Assembly (NCBI GenBank): GCA_963692865.2
Contig: OY843592.1
Coordinates: 2,912,001 to 2,976,000, forward strand
DNA length: 64,000 nucleotides
Direction: 5' to 3'
Source: a bacterium
GTDB lineage: Bacteria > UBA8248
A program made the position numbers and the translations under genes. Below, piece after piece: positions 21,159-31,724 of this stretch. How positions within the stretch are numbered: the first letter of the stretch is position 1; each line of letters begins with the position of its first letter. The notes below the pieces were generated by a model that worked only from the letters and a program-made list of their open reading frames with translations, did not search any database and was not told the DNA's origin.

Positions 21159-22250
21159 TCACTCCCCCACGCAGAAGCTGAAAAATTCATCGAACAGCGC
21201 GCCCGCGTCGCGCGGGCCGGGGCAGGCCTCGGGGTGGTACTGTACGCTGAACACTTTGGGAGAGTCCGAACGCAGTCCCTCGCAAGTGTTGTCGTTGAGA
21301 GAGGAATGCGTGACGGCCACGCCGGCGGGCAGGCTCTCCGGGTCCACGGCGAAGGAGTGGTTCTGGGAGGTGATGTCCACCTTTTTCGTGCTCAAATCCT
21401 GCACGGGGTGGTTCGCCCCGTGGTGGCCGAACTTGAGCTTGTACGTCCTGCCGCCCAGGGCCTGCGCGAGTATCTGGTGCCCCAAGCAGATGCCCACAAT
21501 CGGCGCCCGGCCCATGATGCCCCGCACGTTTTCGACGACGTAGCCGAGGGCCGCCGGGTCGCCCGGGCCGTTCGAGAGGAAAACGGCGGCGGGCTTTCTC
21601 GCCAGTACGCTCTCGGCGGTCTCCGTCGCCGGCACGATTTCGAGATCGAAGCGCTTCCCGAGTTCCCGGAAAATGTTGTCCTTCGCCCCCAGGTCGTAGG
21701 CCACGCAGAGCGGGCGGCCTTTTCTCTCGCCCCAGGCGTGCGCGGCATCGCAGGTCACGCCGCGCACCATGTCGCGCCCGTCCAGCCCCGGACTCGCCTT
21801 GGCGCGCGCGATGAGGCTCCCCTCGTCCAAATCCGTGGAGGAGAGCACCGCCTTGAGCGCGCCCGCTTCGCGGACGTGGCGCGTGAGCGCGCGCGTATCG
21901 ACGCCCTCGATTCCGGGAACCCCCTGTTCTTTGAGGTAGGAATCCAGGTCCCCGTTCGCCCGGAAGTTGCTGTGGCGCCTCGAGACTTCCTTCACGATGA
22001 AGGCCTCGACCCAGACGCGGCGGGATTCCTCATCCCCCGGGATGACGCCGTAGTTCCCGATGTGGGGATAGGTCATCACCACCATCTGGCCGCGGTAGGA
22101 GGGGTCGGTGAGCACCTCCTGGTAGCCCGTCATCGCCGTGTTGAAGACGAGTTCGCCTTCCGCGTCCGCGTCCGCCCCGAAACCCGCGCCCCGGAAGACT
22201 CTGCCGTCCTCCAGGGCCAGGAGCGCCGGTTTGATTTTCCGTCCTCTCAT
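21159..22250 (-). CDS. carA: Carbamoyl-phosphate synthase small subunit
   Basis: FNTAMTGYQE, SNGPGDP, GICLGHQ, QYHPEA. Confidence 0.98.
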   Translation of the reverse strand: MRGRKIKPALLALEDGRVFRGAGFGADADAEGELVFNTAMTGYQEVLTDPSYRGQMVVMTYPHIGNYGVIPGDEESRRVWVEAFIVKEVSRRHSNFRANGDLDSYLKEQGVPGIEGVDTRALTRHVREAGALKAVLSSTDLDEGSLIARAKASPGLDGRDMVRGVTCDAAHAWGERKGRPLCVAYDLGAKDNIFRELGKRFDLEIVPATETAESVLARKPAAVFLSNGPGDPAALGYVVENVRGIMGRAPIVGICLGHQILAQALGGRTYKLKFGHHGANHPVQDLSTKKVDITSQNHSFAVDPESLPAGVAVTHSSLNDNTCEGLRSDSPKVFSVQYHPEACPGPRDAGALFDEFFSFCVGE

Positions 22251-23569
22251 GTGGCGAGCGCCTCCTGGGCGGAGATTTTCATTTCACGGCCAAGCCTGCT
22301 CATCCGCACTTCTCCGCCGACGACAGTGGCGACGGCGCAGCCCCTGAGCTTCCAGCCCGCGAAGGGGGTGTTCCTGCCGTTGCTCTCGAACGCGTCGGGG
22401 TCGACCGTGATTTCGCGCTCGGGGTCCAAAATCGTCACGTCGCCCGGAGCGCCCTCTTTCAGCGTGCCGTGGGGCAGGCCCAGCACCTCGCGCGGCCCCG
22501 AGGTGAACTTGGCGATCATCTCGGGGAGGGTGAGCACGCCCCCGCCCACGAGCCTGTCCAGCGCGAGCGATACGGCCGTTTCCAGCCCCACGACCCCGAA
22601 CGGCACGGCGTCGAACTCCCTCTGGGTCTCGGCCTCGTAGTGCGGCGCGTGGTCCGATGCGATGACGGAAATCGTGCCGTCCCTGAGTCCCTCCAGCAGC
22701 GCCTGTCTGTTCGCCTCATCGCGCAGCGGAGGCGCCATCTTGGCCGAGGAGTCGAAGTCCTGTATCACCTCGTCGGTCAGGGAGAAATGGTGCGGCGTCA
22801 CCTCCGCCGTCACGCGCACCCCGCGCGCCCGCGCCGCCCGCACCAGGTCCACCGCGCCCGCGGAAGTAACATGTAGAATGTGGAGCCTGCCGCCGGTCAG
22901 CTCCGCCAGGCGGATGTCGCGATATACGCAGATGTCCTCGCTCGCCGCCGGGTTGCCCGCGAGCCCCAGCAGGGTGGAGACCGCCCCCTCGTTCATCACC
23001 TTCGCGCCCGAGAGCGACATATCCTCCGCGTGGTCGAGCACGCTCACGCCGAGCATTCCGGCGTATTCCAAGGCCGCGCGCATGAGCGCCGCCGTCTTGA
23101 CGGGCGCGCCGTCGTCGCTGAAGGCCACCGCGCCCGCCTCCATCTGCTCGGCCATCTCGCTCAACTCCTCGCCCTTAAGACACACCGAGACCGCGCCGAT
23201 GGGGAACACGCGGCAGGCGCCCACCTCGCGCGCGCGCTTGAGTATCCGCTCGGTGATGGAACTCGTGTCGTTCACCGGGTCGGTGTTCGCCATACACGCC
23301 ACGCCGGTGAAGCCGCCCGCGGCGGCGGCGCGGGTGCCGCTCTCGATGTCTTCCTTGTATTCCTGGCCCGGTTCGCGGAAATGGACGTGCATGTCGATGA
23401 AGCCGGGCGCGACGACGAGTCCCGCCGCGTCGATGACTTCATCCCCGCCGCGCGACGGGATGTTCTTCTTCCTGCGGGCGACTTGTCCCCCCTCGATCAG
23501 GATGTCGCATACCTCATCGACGCCGTCCGGGGGGTCGATGAGGCGGCCTCCCCTAATGAGCAACGGCAT
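22247..23569 (-). CDS. pyrC: Dihydroorotase (type I)
   Basis: [27 protein letters not shown]; pyr operon context. Confidence 0.95.
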   Translation of the reverse strand: MPLLIRGGRLIDPPDGVDEVCDILIEGGQVARRKKNIPSRGGDEVIDAAGLVVAPGFIDMHVHFREPGQEYKEDIESGTRAAAAGGFTGVACMANTDPVNDTSSITERILKRAREVGACRVFPIGAVSVCLKGEELSEMAEQMEAGAVAFSDDGAPVKTAALMRAALEYAGMLGVSVLDHAEDMSLSGAKVMNEGAVSTLLGLAGNPAASEDICVYRDIRLAELTGGRLHILHVTSAGAVDLVRAARARGVRVTAEVTPHHFSLTDEVIQDFDSSAKMAPPLRDEANRQALLEGLRDGTISVIASDHAPHYEAETQREFDAVPFGVVGLETAVSLALDRLVGGGVLTLPEMIAKFTSGPREVLGLPHGTLKEGAPGDVTILDPEREITVDPDAFESNGRNTPFAGWKLRGCAVATVVGGEVRMSRLGREMKISAQEALAT

Positions 23570-24572
23570 CTCTCGCCTCCTCCCGCGATTTCCTGGGCGC
23601 GGCGGCGTCTTCCCCCTCCGGATCCGCATCCTCCGACTCCTCGTCCCGACTCACCGAGAGGAGATAGAGGATCGCCATGCGGCAGGCGACGCCGTACTCG
23701 ACCTGCTCCAGGATGACGGAGAACGGCCCGTCCGCCACGTCGGGGGACATCTCCACGCCCCGGTTGATGGGGCCCGGGTGCATGATGAGCAGGTCGCGCT
23801 TGGCCCCCCGGAGCTTCTTCTTGGTGATCCCGTATGTGCTGGCGTACTCGCGCGCGCTGGGGAAGGCGCTCCCCGCGCCCCGCTCCAGCTGGATTCTGAG
23901 CGCGATGAGCACGTCCGCCCCGTCGATGGCCTCGTCGAGCCGCGTCGTCACGCGCGCGCCCAGGCACTCGACTTCCGCGGGCAGCATCGTGGAGGGGCCG
24001 CAGAAGGTGACGTTCGCGCCCAGCTTCAGGAGGCCGGCCACGTTCGAGCGCGCCACGCGGCTGTGCGCGATGTCCCCCACGATGGAGACGTTCAGGCCCT
24101 CGAACTTCTTCTTGTGCTCCCGGATGGTGTAGAGGTCGAGCAGCGCCTGCGTGGGGTGTTCGTGGCAGCCGTCGCCCGCGTTCACGACGGCGCAGTCGAG
24201 TTCCCGGCCCAGATAGGCGGGCGCGCCCGACGCCGAGTGGCGGACGACGAGCACGTCGGTCGCCATCGCCTCGATGTTCCGCGCCGTGTCGCGCAGGGTT
24301 TCGCCCTTCGCCGCCGAACTCGTGGAGACGGAGAGGTTGATCACGTCCGCCGAGAGGCGCTTGCCCGCGATCTCGAACGAAGCGCGCGTGCGCGTGCTGT
24401 TCTCGAAGAACAGGTTGACGATGGTCTTTCCCCGCAGCGTGGGCACTTTCTTGATGTCGCGCTCGTTGATCTCGCGGAAAGAATCGGTCTGATCGAGCAG
24501 AAACGTGATTTCCCCGGGCTCCAGTTCCCGGATCGAGAGCAAATCCTTTCTTCGGTAGGTTTCCAGGCTCAT
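23553..24572 (-). CDS. pyrB: Aspartate carbamoyltransferase catalytic subunit
   Basis: [25 protein letters not shown]. Confidence 0.97.
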   Translation of the reverse strand: MSLETYRRKDLLSIRELEPGEITFLLDQTDSFREINERDIKKVPTLRGKTIVNLFFENSTRTRASFEIAGKRLSADVINLSVSTSSAAKGETLRDTARNIEAMATDVLVVRHSASGAPAYLGRELDCAVVNAGDGCHEHPTQALLDLYTIREHKKKFEGLNVSIVGDIAHSRVARSNVAGLLKLGANVTFCGPSTMLPAEVECLGARVTTRLDEAIDGADVLIALRIQLERGAGSAFPSAREYASTYGITKKKLRGAKRDLLIMHPGPINRGVEMSPDVADGPFSVILEQVEYGVACRMAILYLLSVSRDEESEDADPEGEDAAAPRKSREEARDAVAH

Positions 24573-24611
24573 ATTATCCCCCCCTTGTAACGCCCCGGCT
24601 TCGAGGCCCGC

Positions 24612-25136
24612 TTATCGCTTGAAAACGGCGTCGCGGCCGTCTGTTTCCTCCAGATGCACCCGCACTTCCTCGGGGTGGACCGCCTCGATGTTCTTGCCCA
24701 CGAAATCGGCGCGGATGGGCAATTCGCGCCCCCCCCTGTCCACCAGGATGGCGAGCCGCACCCTGCGGGGCCTGCCGAAGCTCATGAGCGCGGCCAGGGC
24801 GGCGCGCGCCGTGCGGCCCGTGTAGAGCACGTCGTCAACGAGAACCACGTCCTTGCTCTCGCAGGAGAAGGGGAGGTCCGTCTTCTTGAGGCCGGTTCTC
24901 ACGCCTCCCCCGTGGTTCAGGTCGTCGCGGTAGAGCGTCACGTCGAGCGCGCCCACGAGCGGATGCACGCCCACCAGAGACTGGAGCTCCCGCGCCAGCC
25001 TTTGCGCGAGCGGCGCGCCCCTCGTGCGGATGCCGATGAAAACCAGATCCGACAGATCGGCCGTACGCTCCAGAATCTCGTGCGAGAGGCGCCTCAGGGT
25101 GCGCCTCAGTTGCTCGGCGTCGAGTTGTTGCGTCAT
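24612..25136 (-). CDS. pyrR: PyrR attenuation protein / UPRTase
   Basis: RRLSHEILER, GIRTRG, LYRDDL, LVDDVLYTGRT, RELPIRADFVGKN. Confidence 0.95.
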   Translation of the reverse strand: MTQQLDAEQLRRTLRRLSHEILERTADLSDLVFIGIRTRGAPLAQRLARELQSLVGVHPLVGALDVTLYRDDLNHGGGVRTGLKKTDLPFSCESKDVVLVDDVLYTGRTARAALAALMSFGRPRRVRLAILVDRGGRELPIRADFVGKNIEAVHPEEVRVHLEETDGRDAVFKR

Positions 25137-25181
25137 CAGGGCGAAATCCGGTGCCCGGGCGTTTGCGCGTGAAAGGAACGC

Positions 25182-25213
25182 AAAAAAAACTCCATGCCCA
25201 CAGGGCATGGAGT
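25182..25213 (-). terminator. Attenuator terminator in pyr leader
   Basis: ACTCCATGCCC-TGT-GGGCATGGAGT followed by a T-run on the minus strand. Confidence 0.85.
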
Positions 25214-25254
25214 CTCGAAAACAGGCGAGAAAACGGCAATCATCTGCGCATCCT

Positions 25255-25285
25255 CCTTCGCCGCCTCACGGGACGGCATTAAAGG
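25255..25285 (-). promoter_or_regulatory. PyrR-binding RNA loop
   Basis: CCUUUAA-UGCC-GUCCCGUGAGGC-GGCGAAGG matches the PyrR consensus (UUUAA...RUCCnGnGAGGY). Confidence 0.85.
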
Positions 25286-25383
25286 GGAATCTCTTTATCA
25301 CCGGTTTGTTTCCGCCCGGCGAATATCCGGCCGGGCCATTTCCCCGAAACTAGCAGTCTTTGCCGCAAAGGGCAAGGGCGGAT

Positions 25384-25698
25384 TCAGGTTCGCTTCAAAA
25401 AATCCATCGGCCCGCCGGAGATTTCCTCCCTTTCGTCTGGCGCGTGAGCCGTTTCCTCCAGAATCTCGAACAGGCCGGATGCGTCCTTTTTCGACAGATT
25501 GCGCGTCGCCTCCCCCAGCACGCGGACCCGCAGGGTCCTGTTCTCTAACTTAAGCCTCAGCACGTCGCCGACCTCCACCCGGGAGGAGGCTTTGGCCGCT
25601 TTCCCCTCGATCTCGACCCCGCCCGAATCCGCCAGGCTCTTGGCGAGGGGACGACGCTTGACCAGGCGGCTAAGGCGCAAGAACTGATCCAGGCGCAT
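25384..25698 (-). CDS. S4-domain RNA-binding protein (Hsp15/RqcP-like)
   Basis: MRLDQFL..RLVKRR..AK...AKASSRVEVGD. Confidence 0.88.
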   Translation of the reverse strand: MRLDQFLRLSRLVKRRPLAKSLADSGGVEIEGKAAKASSRVEVGDVLRLKLENRTLRVRVLGEATRNLSKKDASGLFEILEETAHAPDEREEISGGPMDFLKRT

Positions 25699-25707
25699 CT
25701 TGCGTCG

Positions 25708-27192
25708 TCATTGGGTGATTTCTTTGGGGTCCGCCACGATGCTGCGCGTCTTCTGGACCTCCACCTCGAAGTCGAGCCGCGCGGCCTTGTTCTCCGTGTC
25801 GAAGGACATCTTTTTCGACCCCGTTTTTCCTCCTTCGTCCTTCGACTGTTCGGAGAACGCCTTGATCATATCCGCAAAACTGACTTTGTCGATAAACGAG
25901 TCGGGCAGCAGATACACGTAGCGGAACAAATAGATGTTCGCCGAGGGGTCGGGACTCACGAACAGCCTGTGTCCCGCCGCCAGGGCGCCGATGGCGTCTT
26001 TCCCCACGCTGGCGCCCTCGCCCACCTTCACCCTGTCCGATTTCCAGCGGGGCTTGTCCCGCCTCGCGCCGTAGGTCCACAAAACCCTGTCCTGGCCGAA
26101 CAGCCCTCCCTTCTCCTTGAGCTTGATGCCGACCAGCCGGAAGCTGATCTGCTCGCGAACGTCCTTAAAGACGGCGGAAAGGCCGCCGGGCGAAGGGCTG
26201 GGGTCGTAGCTGATTTCCAGAAAAGCGGCTCTCTTGAGATCGGTCACCCATTCGCGGCGTCTCTTGGCGAGTTTTTCCCGGAACATCTTGTCGCGGATTT
26301 TGCCGGATACCCTGTCGAGAGTAATCACCTTGCCCGGCGTAACGTCATCGACGCGAATGACGTGAAAACCCACTCTCGTCCTCGTGGGCTTGCTCGTCGC
26401 GCCCTTCGCCGTCGCGAAAATGAGTTGTTCGAGTTCGGGAAAAACCTCGCCCTTCTTCACGGAGCCCAGCGCGCCGCCTCGGCTCCGGGCGGGGCCTTCG
26501 GAATGCTTCTCGGCCAGCCTGGCGAAATCCGCGCCCGGCTTCGCGGCCTCCTCGTACGCAAGGTCCGCTTTTTTTCGCTGCGCTTCGATCTCCCCGGCGA
26601 AAGCGTCCTTGCTCACGGGAAAGAAAATCTGCCGCACCACCCGGCTCTCGGCCTCACGGTAGTCATCGGCATGCGCTTCGTAATAATCCGCGATTTCCTG
26701 CTCCACCACCGAGACGCGCGCGCCGACTTCCATGCTCTCCACTTTCCGCGCCAGCAACTTCTTGCGAAGCTCGTCGCGGTACTTCTCCATCGTCATTCCC
26801 TGCAACGACAAAAACGAGCGCAATCCGGCCGTCGTCGTTTTGTTCTGGCGAAGTATGCCCGCGATTGCTTTTTCAATTTCTTTTTCGCTGACTTTCAACG
26901 CCAGAGCCGAGGAGCGCTTCAAAATGAGTTTGCTCTGGATCATGGCGTCGAGCGCCTTGATTTCGAGTTCGCGAATCCGCCGGTTCAGTTGCGCTCCCCT
27001 GTAATCCCGCCTCAACTTGTCGACCCTCGGCTTCACGAAGTCCTGAAGCTCCGAGAGCATGATGATGTCATCGTCAACCTTCGCGATGATCCTCTCGATC
27101 GTTACGGAGGCGGCGGTCGCCGCGACGGGCGCGCCCGCCAGGGCGCAAAACGCAATCGCCGACACGCAGAAACGCCTAGCCCGATACGACAT
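25708..27192 (-). CDS. SurA-family PPIase/chaperone with extra C-terminal domain
   Basis: Signal peptide, IIAKVDDDIIMLSEL, parvulin FARLAEKHSEGP...GGALG...GFHVI; ~160 aa extra C-terminus. Confidence 0.85.
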   Translation of the reverse strand: MSYRARRFCVSAIAFCALAGAPVAATAASVTIERIIAKVDDDIIMLSELQDFVKPRVDKLRRDYRGAQLNRRIRELEIKALDAMIQSKLILKRSSALALKVSEKEIEKAIAGILRQNKTTTAGLRSFLSLQGMTMEKYRDELRKKLLARKVESMEVGARVSVVEQEIADYYEAHADDYREAESRVVRQIFFPVSKDAFAGEIEAQRKKADLAYEEAAKPGADFARLAEKHSEGPARSRGGALGSVKKGEVFPELEQLIFATAKGATSKPTRTRVGFHVIRVDDVTPGKVITLDRVSGKIRDKMFREKLAKRRREWVTDLKRAAFLEISYDPSPSPGGLSAVFKDVREQISFRLVGIKLKEKGGLFGQDRVLWTYGARRDKPRWKSDRVKVGEGASVGKDAIGALAAGHRLFVSPDPSANIYLFRYVYLLPDSFIDKVSFADMIKAFSEQSKDEGGKTGSKKMSFDTENKAARLDFEVEVQKTRSIVADPKEITQ

Positions 27193-28162
27193 TTTCAAGA
27201 TTTTCCAGATAGTATGTGATCTTCGCATTTCGTTTGAGTTCTCCGAGCCAGCCTTCGAGCCGCGCCCTTCCCTTATCGGCCAGCAAACGTTTTTTGATGT
27301 CATTCTTCACGGACGCGAGAGTTTTCTGGAGCGGGAGCCTCCTCTCCGAGACCTCGAGGAGGTGGAAACCCGCCGGGCTCCGAACGACCCGGCTCACCTC
27401 GCCCAATTTCAGCGATTTCACCACGTTCTCGATGTATTCGGGCAACTCCCCCGGCTGGAAATAGCCCAAATCGCCGCCCACGCCGCGCTCGGGGCCGATG
27501 GAGTGCTTTTGCGCGAGAGACGCGAACGATTTGCCGTCGAGAACGAATTTTCTCAACCGCTCGGCCATTTTAGCCGAAGAGACGACGATCTGGCGAACCC
27601 GCAGGCGCCTCCCGACCCGGAATTTCTCCTTGTTGCGGTTATAGTAATCTTCAATCTCGGCTTCGGAGACCTCCAGCTTCGAATACACCTCCTTTTCCAG
27701 CAGATGTTCGATTTCGAGCGTCTCGCGCATCGTCTTGAGCCACGACTCCTTGTCGACCCCCTGCTCTTTCAGGACGGCGTCCAAATCCTCTCCGCCATAT
27801 TGGCCGCGAACGAATTCGACGAAACGCCGCACCCTGCCTTCGCTCACATATCCGTCCCCCTCCCGGAAGCGCTGAAGCAAGAGGCGCCTTTCCACGAGTT
27901 GATCCAGCACGATCCTGGATATGGGTTTTTCGGCCCTGCCCGAAACCTTCTCGCTCGCGCGCGTCATGAAATGCGCGCGCACGTCCGCCTCGGTAATCGG
28001 CTCGCCGTTCACCTGCGCCAGCAGGATATCCTTTTTCTCGCTTTTCGCCTGGAACGAAAAATCACAGCCCGCCGCGACGAGCAGCGCCGCCCAACAAACC
28101 CAAGCCCGCCGTGTTCGACCGCCCCGCATCAGACGCCGCGCGCTTCCCCCGTTTTCCGCCAT
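27176..28162 (-). CDS. Parvulin-type PPIase lipoprotein (PrsA/SurA-like)
   Basis: Lipobox-like AAGC, LAQVNGEPIT, FASLAQKHS..GGDLGYF, GFHLLEV; follows mfd. Confidence 0.88.
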   Translation of the reverse strand: MAENGGSARRLMRGGRTRRAWVCWAALLVAAGCDFSFQAKSEKKDILLAQVNGEPITEADVRAHFMTRASEKVSGRAEKPISRIVLDQLVERRLLLQRFREGDGYVSEGRVRRFVEFVRGQYGGEDLDAVLKEQGVDKESWLKTMRETLEIEHLLEKEVYSKLEVSEAEIEDYYNRNKEKFRVGRRLRVRQIVVSSAKMAERLRKFVLDGKSFASLAQKHSIGPERGVGGDLGYFQPGELPEYIENVVKSLKLGEVSRVVRSPAGFHLLEVSERRLPLQKTLASVKNDIKKRLLADKGRARLEGWLGELKRNAKITYYLENLENVVSG

Positions 28163-28169
28163 GAGAGCC

Positions 28170-31100
28170 TCACGCTCCTTCCACCACAAACTCGCCTTCG
28201 GAGACCTTGCACACTTCCAAAGCATCCAGCACCTGAACGAGAAAGTCAAAATCCTCCGGCCAGCGCCCGCTGATGCCCGCTCGAAAAGCATGGGCGTCGG
28301 TGAACACCATGCCCGGCATATCGAGAAAAGCGGCCGTCAACTCGTAGTCGCCCGGGAAAATCTCCATATGCGCCTCCTTGCCGCGAAAATGAAGGGATTT
28401 GATTCCGCAAAGGCGGGCGCGCAAACGGATTTCCCCCAGTTGCAGAAGGTGGAGGGCGCGCTCCGGCATCTCGCCGTATTTGTCCCTGAGCTCCACGCCC
28501 AACTCTCTCAATTCGGCCGGCGCCTGCGCCGATGCGATTCGGCGATACACGTCGAGGCGCTCGGCCTGGGCCGGAATCCACGAAGGCGGCAGCGTGCCCG
28601 CCACCGGCGCGACGATCTCGGGCTCACGGCGCTCGACGGCCTCGCCCTTGGCCTCCTGCACCACCTCTTCCAGAAGGCGGCAGTACATGTCGAATCCCAC
28701 GGCCGAGATTTGCCCCGATTGCCGATGCCCGAGCAAATGGCCTGCGCCGCGAATTTCCAGATCGCGCATGGCCAGCCTGAAGCCGGCTCCCAGTTCGCTC
28801 AACTCCTCGAGCGCCTGGAGCCGCTCTCTGGCCTGCCTCGTCAGGGAGCCTCCGCCGGAGACAAGGAGGTAGGCGTGCGCTTCGAACCTGTCGCGCCCTA
28901 CCCGGCCGCGCAACTGGTACAGTTGCGCCATGCCGAACGTGTCCGCCCGGTTGATCACGATCGTGTTCACCGAGGGGATGTCGAGGCCGCTTTCGATGAT
29001 CGTGGTGCAGAGAAGCACGTCGGCCCGGCGGGTCACGAACCGCTCCATCACCTCTTCGAGTTCTCTTTCCTTCATCTGGCCGTGGCCCACCAGTATCCGC
29101 GCGTCGGGCGCGAGTTTCTGCAGAAGCTGCCGCATGGCGGGGAGGCTCCTCACCCGGTTGTGCACGAAAAACACCTGGCCCCCCCGGTCGATTTCCTTGG
29201 TGATGGCGTCTTTGATGAGTTTTTCGCTGAAGCGCGATATGTAGGTGCGCGGCGCGACCCGGTGGCGCGGGGGCGTTTCGATGACGCTCAAATCGCGCGT
29301 GCCCGAAAGCGCCATCTGCAAGGTTCGGGGAATGGGCGTGGCGGTGAGCGTCAGAACGTCCACGTCGACGCGGAGTTTCTTGAGCTTCTCTTTATGGGAA
29401 ACGCCGAAACGATGCTCTTCGTCGATGACCAAAAGCCCCAGATCGCGAAACGACACGTCTTTCTGCAACAGTCGATGGGTGCCGACGACGATGTCCACGC
29501 GACCGGTGGAGAGTCCCTCGACCACTTCGTTCTGCTCTTTTCTGCTTCTGAAGCGCGAGAGCATCTCCACATGGACCGGCAACGATTCGAAGCGCTTGCC
29601 GAACGTGTCCCGATGCTGGTGCGCCAGCAGCGTCGTCGGCACGATGACGGCGACTTGCTTGCCCGCCGAAATCGCCCGGGCGGCGGCGCGGAGCGCCACC
29701 TCCGTCTTTCCGTAGCCGACATCCCCGCAGATGAGGCGGTCCATCGGGCGGGCGCGCTCCATATCTCCCAGCACGGCGCGAATGGCCTGTTCCTGATCGG
29801 GCGTTTCCTCGAACCCGAAGCTGGCGGAGATTTCATGATCGAACGCGCCTTCCGTCGAAAAGGAATATCCCTCGGCGGCGCTTCGCTCCGAATACAGGCG
29901 CACCAGATCGCGAGCGATCCCCCGGAGCGATTTCTTGACGTTGTTCTTCGTCCTGCTCCACCGGTTCCCGCCCAATCTGTCCAGGGGCGGCGGGACGCCC
30001 GCGCCGCGATATTTGTGGATGCGCTCGACGTCGTCCATCGGGACGTAGAGTTTGTCGCTTCCCGCATACTGGAGAGTGAGGAATTCGTTCTCCCCGTCCC
30101 GATGCTCGATGACGCGCGTGCCCATATAGCGGCCGACGCCGTGCTCCACGTGCACCACAAGGTCGTTTTCATTGAGGTCCTTCAGGCCCTCGCCGGGCCT
30201 CGACTTCGGGAGGCGGCGCGAATCCCCGCCCAAAGCGCCGACCAGCAGGTCCTGCGCGCGGAACAACACCCTTCGCTCTTCGGGGAGCCGGAAGCCGTCG
30301 CCGAGTTTCCCCTCCGCCAGAACGACGTCGTGGCGGCCATCCATCAGCGAGGCGCCCTGGGGCAAAACTTCCACGCCCACTTCATGCTCGCGCAGGAGCG
30401 CCTGTATCCTGAGCGCTAGTGTCCTCTCCTCCGCCACGATGACGACGCTCTCATCCTCCCGGCGCCATGCGCGGAGTTGATCGACGAACGCCTCCACCCG
30501 CCCCCGGAAGGGGCTGATGTTTTCCGCGCGCAAAACCTCGTCCGCCTCGAAGCCCTCCTCGGGATTCGGGGCGTCCAGCCCCAGGGAATCGAACTCGAGG
30601 CGCGGCCAGATGGATAGCTCCTCGCGAATCTCCTCCGGCGCGAGCCACAAACGCTCGGGGGCGAAGGAAACGAGGCCCCTCTCGGGCGCCAGACGCGCCT
30701 CCTCGTTCACTTCCTCCCACAACTTCTCCATCGCCTCGTCGATGTTCTCCGCTTCGTTCAGGATCCAGAGCGCGCTTCCGGGCGCCACGTCGAACAAGGT
30801 CGTCATCTCGGACAGGAACATGGGCGCGAGACCCTCCATGCCCGAAAAGTGCCCGTCCGCGTCCAGGTATTCGAGAAGGCGCTCCATCCGTTCGATCGTT
30901 TCCGGCGCGGCGGCTTCCGAAAGCGCGCCGCGGCCCCTCTCCACCTCCTCCGGCGAGAAAACAATCTCTTTCGCCGGAAAAACGTCCACGCTTTGCAGGG
31001 TGTCCAGATTCCGCTGCGTCTGGGGATGGAAACTTCGCAAGGAATCGAGTTCATCCCCCCGAAACTCCAGGCGCGTCGGATATGCGTTCTGGGGGGAGAA

Positions 31101-31637
31101 GAAATCCAGAATACCGCCCCTTACGGCATATTCTCCGGGAGATTCAACCACCGACCTCCTTTGGTACGTCAGTGATTCGAGCGAACCGATGAACGGGTCG
31201 CGCTCGATCTCCATGCCTTCGCGCAAGTGAACGATGGCGTCGTTCAACCGCTCCGGCGGGGGCACGCGCATCCCCATGGCCAGCACGCTCGTCAGGACGA
31301 CGCCTCGCTCCCCGCCGCGCAAAAACCGCAGCGCGGACATCCTCTCTCCGACGACCTCACTGGACGGAGACAACCGGGAGAAGGGGTACACGTCCCACGC
31401 CGGGAAGCCCAGCACCGGCAAATTCCCCGCCCCCGACGAGGAAGCGCCGACGAACAGCTTCATGTTCGCTTTCATCGCGTCGAGGCGGCGCGGCTCTCCT
31501 TCGACGAAAATAACGGGCCCGGCGTGTTCGCGCGCGATCCTGGCCAGCCACCAGGCGACCGACGCATCGCTGGCGCCGCGCAGGTGAACCCGCTTGGCTC
31601 CATCGACATCCAGAAGCGGCAAAAAGGATTTATTCAT
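28170..31637 (-). CDS. mfd: Transcription-repair coupling factor
   Basis: VVHVEHGVG, CGDVGYGKTEVA, DEEHRFGV, QLRGRVGR, DLEIRGAG. Confidence 0.98.
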   Translation of the reverse strand: MNKSFLPLLDVDGAKRVHLRGASDASVAWWLARIAREHAGPVIFVEGEPRRLDAMKANMKLFVGASSSGAGNLPVLGFPAWDVYPFSRLSPSSEVVGERMSALRFLRGGERGVVLTSVLAMGMRVPPPERLNDAIVHLREGMEIERDPFIGSLESLTYQRRSVVESPGEYAVRGGILDFFSPQNAYPTRLEFRGDELDSLRSFHPQTQRNLDTLQSVDVFPAKEIVFSPEEVERGRGALSEAAAPETIERMERLLEYLDADGHFSGMEGLAPMFLSEMTTLFDVAPGSALWILNEAENIDEAMEKLWEEVNEEARLAPERGLVSFAPERLWLAPEEIREELSIWPRLEFDSLGLDAPNPEEGFEADEVLRAENISPFRGRVEAFVDQLRAWRREDESVVIVAEERTLALRIQALLREHEVGVEVLPQGASLMDGRHDVVLAEGKLGDGFRLPEERRVLFRAQDLLVGALGGDSRRLPKSRPGEGLKDLNENDLVVHVEHGVGRYMGTRVIEHRDGENEFLTLQYAGSDKLYVPMDDVERIHKYRGAGVPPPLDRLGGNRWSRTKNNVKKSLRGIARDLVRLYSERSAAEGYSFSTEGAFDHEISASFGFEETPDQEQAIRAVLGDMERARPMDRLICGDVGYGKTEVALRAAARAISAGKQVAVIVPTTLLAHQHRDTFGKRFESLPVHVEMLSRFRSRKEQNEVVEGLSTGRVDIVVGTHRLLQKDVSFRDLGLLVIDEEHRFGVSHKEKLKKLRVDVDVLTLTATPIPRTLQMALSGTRDLSVIETPPRHRVAPRTYISRFSEKLIKDAITKEIDRGGQVFFVHNRVRSLPAMRQLLQKLAPDARILVGHGQMKERELEEVMERFVTRRADVLLCTTIIESGLDIPSVNTIVINRADTFGMAQLYQLRGRVGRDRFEAHAYLLVSGGGSLTRQARERLQALEELSELGAGFRLAMRDLEIRGAGHLLGHRQSGQISAVGFDMYCRLLEEVVQEAKGEAVERREPEIVAPVAGTLPPSWIPAQAERLDVYRRIASAQAPAELRELGVELRDKYGEMPERALHLLQLGEIRLRARLCGIKSLHFRGKEAHMEIFPGDYELTAAFLDMPGMVFTDAHAFRAGISGRWPEDFDFLVQVLDALEVCKVSEGEFVVEGA

Positions 31638-31724
31638 GACGTGAAATTTCAGATGTCAAATCGAACATCAGGCAATGAAGTGTGTCGAAATATCTCGTAT
31701 CGCATGAAAAATTGCAGAAAACGA

